The translations under genes and the position numbers were made by a program. This document shows, in pieces, positions 37,130 through 41,616 of a DNA stretch of 41,616 bases (its first letter is position 1; every line of letters starts with the position of its first letter). The stretch is from Octopus bimaculoides (taxonomy: Eukaryota): positions 125,185,579 to 125,227,194 of the forward strand of contig NC_068983.1 of NCBI RefSeq assembly GCF_001194135.2. Direction: 5' to 3'. The notes beneath the pieces were generated by a model. That model was given only the letters and a program-made list of their open reading frames with translations, was not told where the DNA came from and ran no database searches.

Positions 37130-37480
37130 AAAGTGAGGTAGTCTTTTAGCTTCACAAGTTCCTCCAAAGTGCGTGTAACGGTAAACAGAACTGAGGATGT
37201 CGTCAATCGAATTCCTGAAGGTGAAAGTGAAGGAGTTGTCGTGGAGTTAGGTGTACAAGTGAAGAACATGGCTTTAGAGAGGAAGGGACAGATGCGACAA
37301 CGTGCGCGATAGCAAAGCAAGTGTTGAGTGCCGAGAGTGTGGAAAGGGTTAAGAGGCAGTTGCTCATGTAGATTGTGAGCACGTCTGAAGGAAGCGGGTG
37401 GCGGATGGAGAAATGATTGTGGAAGGTTTGGATTGGAGTTGACGGAAACGGTTTTAAATAATGTGTTAGAAAGGGAGGGA
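37130..37480 (-). mobile_element. Penelope-like (Neptune-type) linker and GIY-YIG remnant
   Basis: SFRRAHNLHEQL, zinc knuckle LCYRARCRICPFL, then SFTFTFRNSI..HFGGT. Confidence 0.65.
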
Positions 37481-40400
37481 TAAATGATGGTAGGTAAGGG
37501 GGAGTGGGTAGGGCGTAGGACGCGAAAGAGAATGCGCCGCCAATAGACTAAGCGTCGTTGACACCCACAAGTACTGGCATATGCCTATCTCCGAATATAT
37601 GTACCGATTCCAAGACATGTGATTTGTACCAATTCACTTACCTCCCAGTATTTCAAGTTCTAAACTACAATTGGCCCCCTCACGCTACCTACAATACCAG
37701 AGAACTAAAACGTCCTGTTATACCTCCCTTTATAAAATACTACAAGTTACATCATTCCAGTCATATTTCCGATAAGCCACCCTAGGCTATAATCGTTGCA
37801 TATGGATCAATATTTATGAGGAAAATAATATATTTATCTTACAAACAACAGAATTGATTTTTTTGGTAGAATAGTTTGGAAAATAGTTTACACACTTCAA
37901 AAAATAAGAAGCTTCAAGTAGTAGAAGGAAGAAAATTTAGCAAATCGAAATTCTTTTGCAGCAGAGTTAAATGTTTATAAACTGAATGTTTTAGGAAATT
38001 TGTCGCTATTTTTATGACCTTCCTCTCTCTTTTTACTGTTTTTTTTCCATCTTTCTCTGTTTGCTTTCATTATAGAGTTTATAACAATGTTTGGAAATAC
38101 CATATTTATGACCATTCTTTTCGGCGGTGTGCGAGAAAAAGACTTTGACCAAAAATAGTCGCAAATTATATGGTTTTTTACGTTCCATATATGGATTAAA
38201 CGTATAATTTGAATTTTTTTCAGTCATCGTTTTGTTAAAAATCATCATGAGAATTTCATTCAGTGTTATGACTAGCAAAGCGGTGAATTCAAATGACGCC
38301 GAGGTAAATTCTGTGTTCCATTCTTCTGAGGGCGAGGATTTTCTACAAATTAACAATAGAAGGCGTAAAATTGGAGGAACTTCGATAAGGACGGAAGAAA
38401 TACCTTGTTTCGTCGATTAGCCTTCTACTAATTTAAAATTCCTCTTCGGCATACATGGGTGGCAGATTTAATTGGGCATCCGGTTTCACAACATCATCTA
38501 GTACCGAAATTGACAAACTGATCGACGGACAGATGAAAACAGTTCGTGTAAGGATATATTGTTTTAATTTTTACCTGAAATTGTCTGGTACTTCTTTAAG
38601 ACAATTTTGAGAAATGTCTCCATAAGGAGTCTTTCAAATTGTTAATCATATAGAGTATCATATTCCCATACATCAGTTACAATGCATGACAGAATTGCTA
38701 GCTATGCGCATTAGAAAGTTATCAACACCTACATACCGTTGGATACTCATCATACAGTAGGCTATAAANNNNNNNNNNNNNNNNNNNNNNNNNNNNNNNN
38801 NNNNNNNNNNNNNNNNNNNNNNNNNNNNNNNNNNNNNNNNNNNNNNNNNNNNNNNNNNNNNNNNNNNNNNNNNNNNNNNNNNNNNNNNNNNNNNNNNNNN
38901 NNNNNNNNNNNNNNNNNNNNNNNNNNNNNNNNNNNNNNNNNNNNNNNNNNNNNNNNNNNNNNNNNNNATATATATGTATAATTATATATACATATTGCGC
39001 TTACTAAGCAGAAGACCATTAGAGGCGTAACGAAATATAAAATATAACGGCTCCCTACCAAATATTTACATCAAAATTGATTTAAAATGGAATACATTTA
39101 TAAATAATCTTTGATGTAGTATGCATATAGGAAGTTATATTTTCTATATATATATTGTAGTTAATGAAATTAAGAAATTAATAAATACGTCATTGAAGCA
39201 TATGTTAGTGTTTGTATGTCTAATTCTTTACATTCTGCCTACATCACATACAGACAGAATGTCTTCGCGCGTACCTAGATACATACGTATATGCACAAGT
39301 ACGTAGAGGCGTGCACATAGACATACACTATATATGTTTGTGCGTGTGCATGTCTGTGTAAGTGTGTACATGGTGGAAGTGTGAATCCGTGAGTTTATGT
39401 TTGATATTGTAAATTTTATAGAGCTAACAATACGCCCATGTCTATAAATTTCTCACGTAAACGAAGTAGAAGGAATGATCACAATACAACACGTCAATAT
39501 TTTTGAAGGAAACAAAAACTTTTCTAGATATGTGTTTATGTGTTTGCATGTGTGTATTTGTGTATGTGTGTGTTTGTGTGTGTATGCATATGCGTCCATG
39601 TGCATTCGTGGTGGTGTGAGTGTGTCTTTTGATGAGTATGAAAACATATTTAATCTACATACGGTTGTGTGAAACAGTTTCTAGGCGTTTGTTCTGTTTG
39701 TTTCCTATAGAACTAAAAGGAGTTCTGCATGGATGTGTGACTAGTAATGAAAGTGTGAATATCAAGATAGGTGCGAATGACGCATAACAAAACAAACAGT
39801 ATACACGAAATAAATTTGATTTTCAAAAACATTAAAATACAAGTTGGAATAAAAAATGTAAGCAGACGTGTATGAAGAGAGAAAACAAGCAATCAATTTA
39901 TTCTTCACTTGTTCTGAATTTCTCAAACAACTTTAACCCTATGACAATAATTTTCTTATAATCTATACTACTCTTAGTCCAAGACTTACCACGAATATAT
40001 GGCTACGAGTGGATTCTTAATGAACGAAAAACATTTCGTCTAATATATATAAGAAATGGAATAAAGATATAACAAATGAATTTTTCTCTATGATTATTTC
40101 TCTATGCACACAAATAAGAGATGCACAGCAAGTTTGGTAAAGGAATCACGATACGTCCTGACAAAATGACTCCACTGAGATCGGCAGAAATAGATAACAA
40201 ATTGAATCAATATTATCAATATAATTTCATATGCTAAAATTCTAACACATACACGTATTGCATGTCCAAATGCACACAATCCCTCATACTTATATGTGGC
40301 GGTTTGTCTCCACTGTCAGCTCCTTAAGATAGTGCATTTTTCTTTTATTATTGAGTTGTTTTGAGGCATATTTCTAACAATAATGGTGCTGATTAGTGCC

Positions 40401-40769
40401 CTTGTTCACTTTGGAGACTTATATATTTCTGCCTTTACGTTGTAAAATTGGGAATTATCGACGAATATTATTTATAATTCTCGCTTTACCGTTTATGAAA
40501 TCAGCATATGATTTCAACGGAAATCTTATAAGCTGACAAGGCGAGATGAGTTTAACCCTAAGCGCAATTTGAGCTACTGGTGAGAATTGAGATGTGTTTA
40601 GCATCAGAATGCGAAACCATCGGTAATCTAGCTCTATCTGCGACCGTGTGGGGTTTGTCTCCATTGTCAGCTCATTAAGATAGCACTTTTGTGGATTTCA
40701 GTGACATATATTTCTGCCTTTACGTTGTAACGTTGCGAATTAGCCACCCCTATGATATATGTATATATA

Positions 40770-41616
40770 TATTGCATAATTATAAATTCTCCTTATGTAC
40801 GAAAAGATTGCGCTCCACTGTAGCACTTGTTGCTGGTAGTGTTAATATTTATTTACAAAGCTTCGTTAAATGGGGCAAAGCTTCATCTAATCCACTATTA
40901 TGCAGAATATAAAGTAAATCTTGAACGCATTTTCCTTTTAGTTCAGCATCTATGTACAAGGTAGTAAGTTTACTGCTTAACTTTTGGCTGTCAAAATGGT
41001 CTCCAAAAAAATGTTTAAGGCAAGCTGGAGGTGTTTCTTGGACGTCGTTATTTTGTCTCATTGGATCGAGAAGCGCTAAAAATGTAATTCATTTACGTTT
41101 TGAAATCGTATCACAATTTGCTCGTAAATTAAATCTATAGTTTTGTAGAAAGCTGTCTGTATCTTCTGTCTCAAACGCCTTCTTTCTTTTCTTTATTTGA
41201 AGATAAATGCCATCAATGTTAGCCTAAAATTTAGAAAATTCATGCTTGTTTTCTTTCGAAATATTCACAATTTCATTTACTTTACAAATAGAGAAGGATA
41301 TGTCAAAAGTTTCTTTTTTTTTCTGGGAATGTCAAATGCTGCATTTCTGTAAATAAAGATATCTCCAAACACATTTAACAGAAAGCTCAATTCACAATTT
41401 TGTAAATTAGAATACAACGCACAGGTATAAATTTCCGTGTCCCATTTAATTGAATATTCAGTGATTGATGTTTAGGAATAAATCAGCTAATTACTCATGA
41501 TATTCACGAACAGTTTCTACCAACGAAGTATTCAAGCTCCAGTGATTTGGCGCCACTTTTGGAAATTGCTTTTTTAACTTCAGTATCTAATAGATGCACG
41601 CGTATAGTCGATTTAC
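40770..41616 (-). pseudogene. hAT transposase pseudogene, C-terminal half, continuing beyond the window
   Basis: KQFPKVAPNHWS..LVETV, ELSFLLNVFGDIF, and the dimerisation domain GLDEALPHLTKLCK*ILTLPATSATVER. Confidence 0.8.

Overview
AT-rich animal DNA dense in microsatellites, with five assembly gaps and no host protein-coding exon that I can support. The tRNA-headed SINE families and the (CA/TA/TACA/AAT)n spectrum resemble octopus (coleoid cephalopod) genomes; this is from recollection and was not checked. The window is a stack of decayed mobile elements: RTE, R4/Dong-like (RLE), CR1/L2-group, Tx1/L1 and several Penelope-like (PLE) retroelements; a gypsy pol scrap; piggyBac, maT/mariner and hAT transposase remnants; and three SINE families in about 12 copies. 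The most interesting signals are several hammerhead-ribozyme-like motifs near PLE-type sequence (one with an H-type pseudoknot arrangement), a decayed PLE flanked by 232-bp near-identical direct repeats and facing an inverted relative, and RLE retrotransposons stacked in (TAA)n tracts. All alignments and translations were done by eye.
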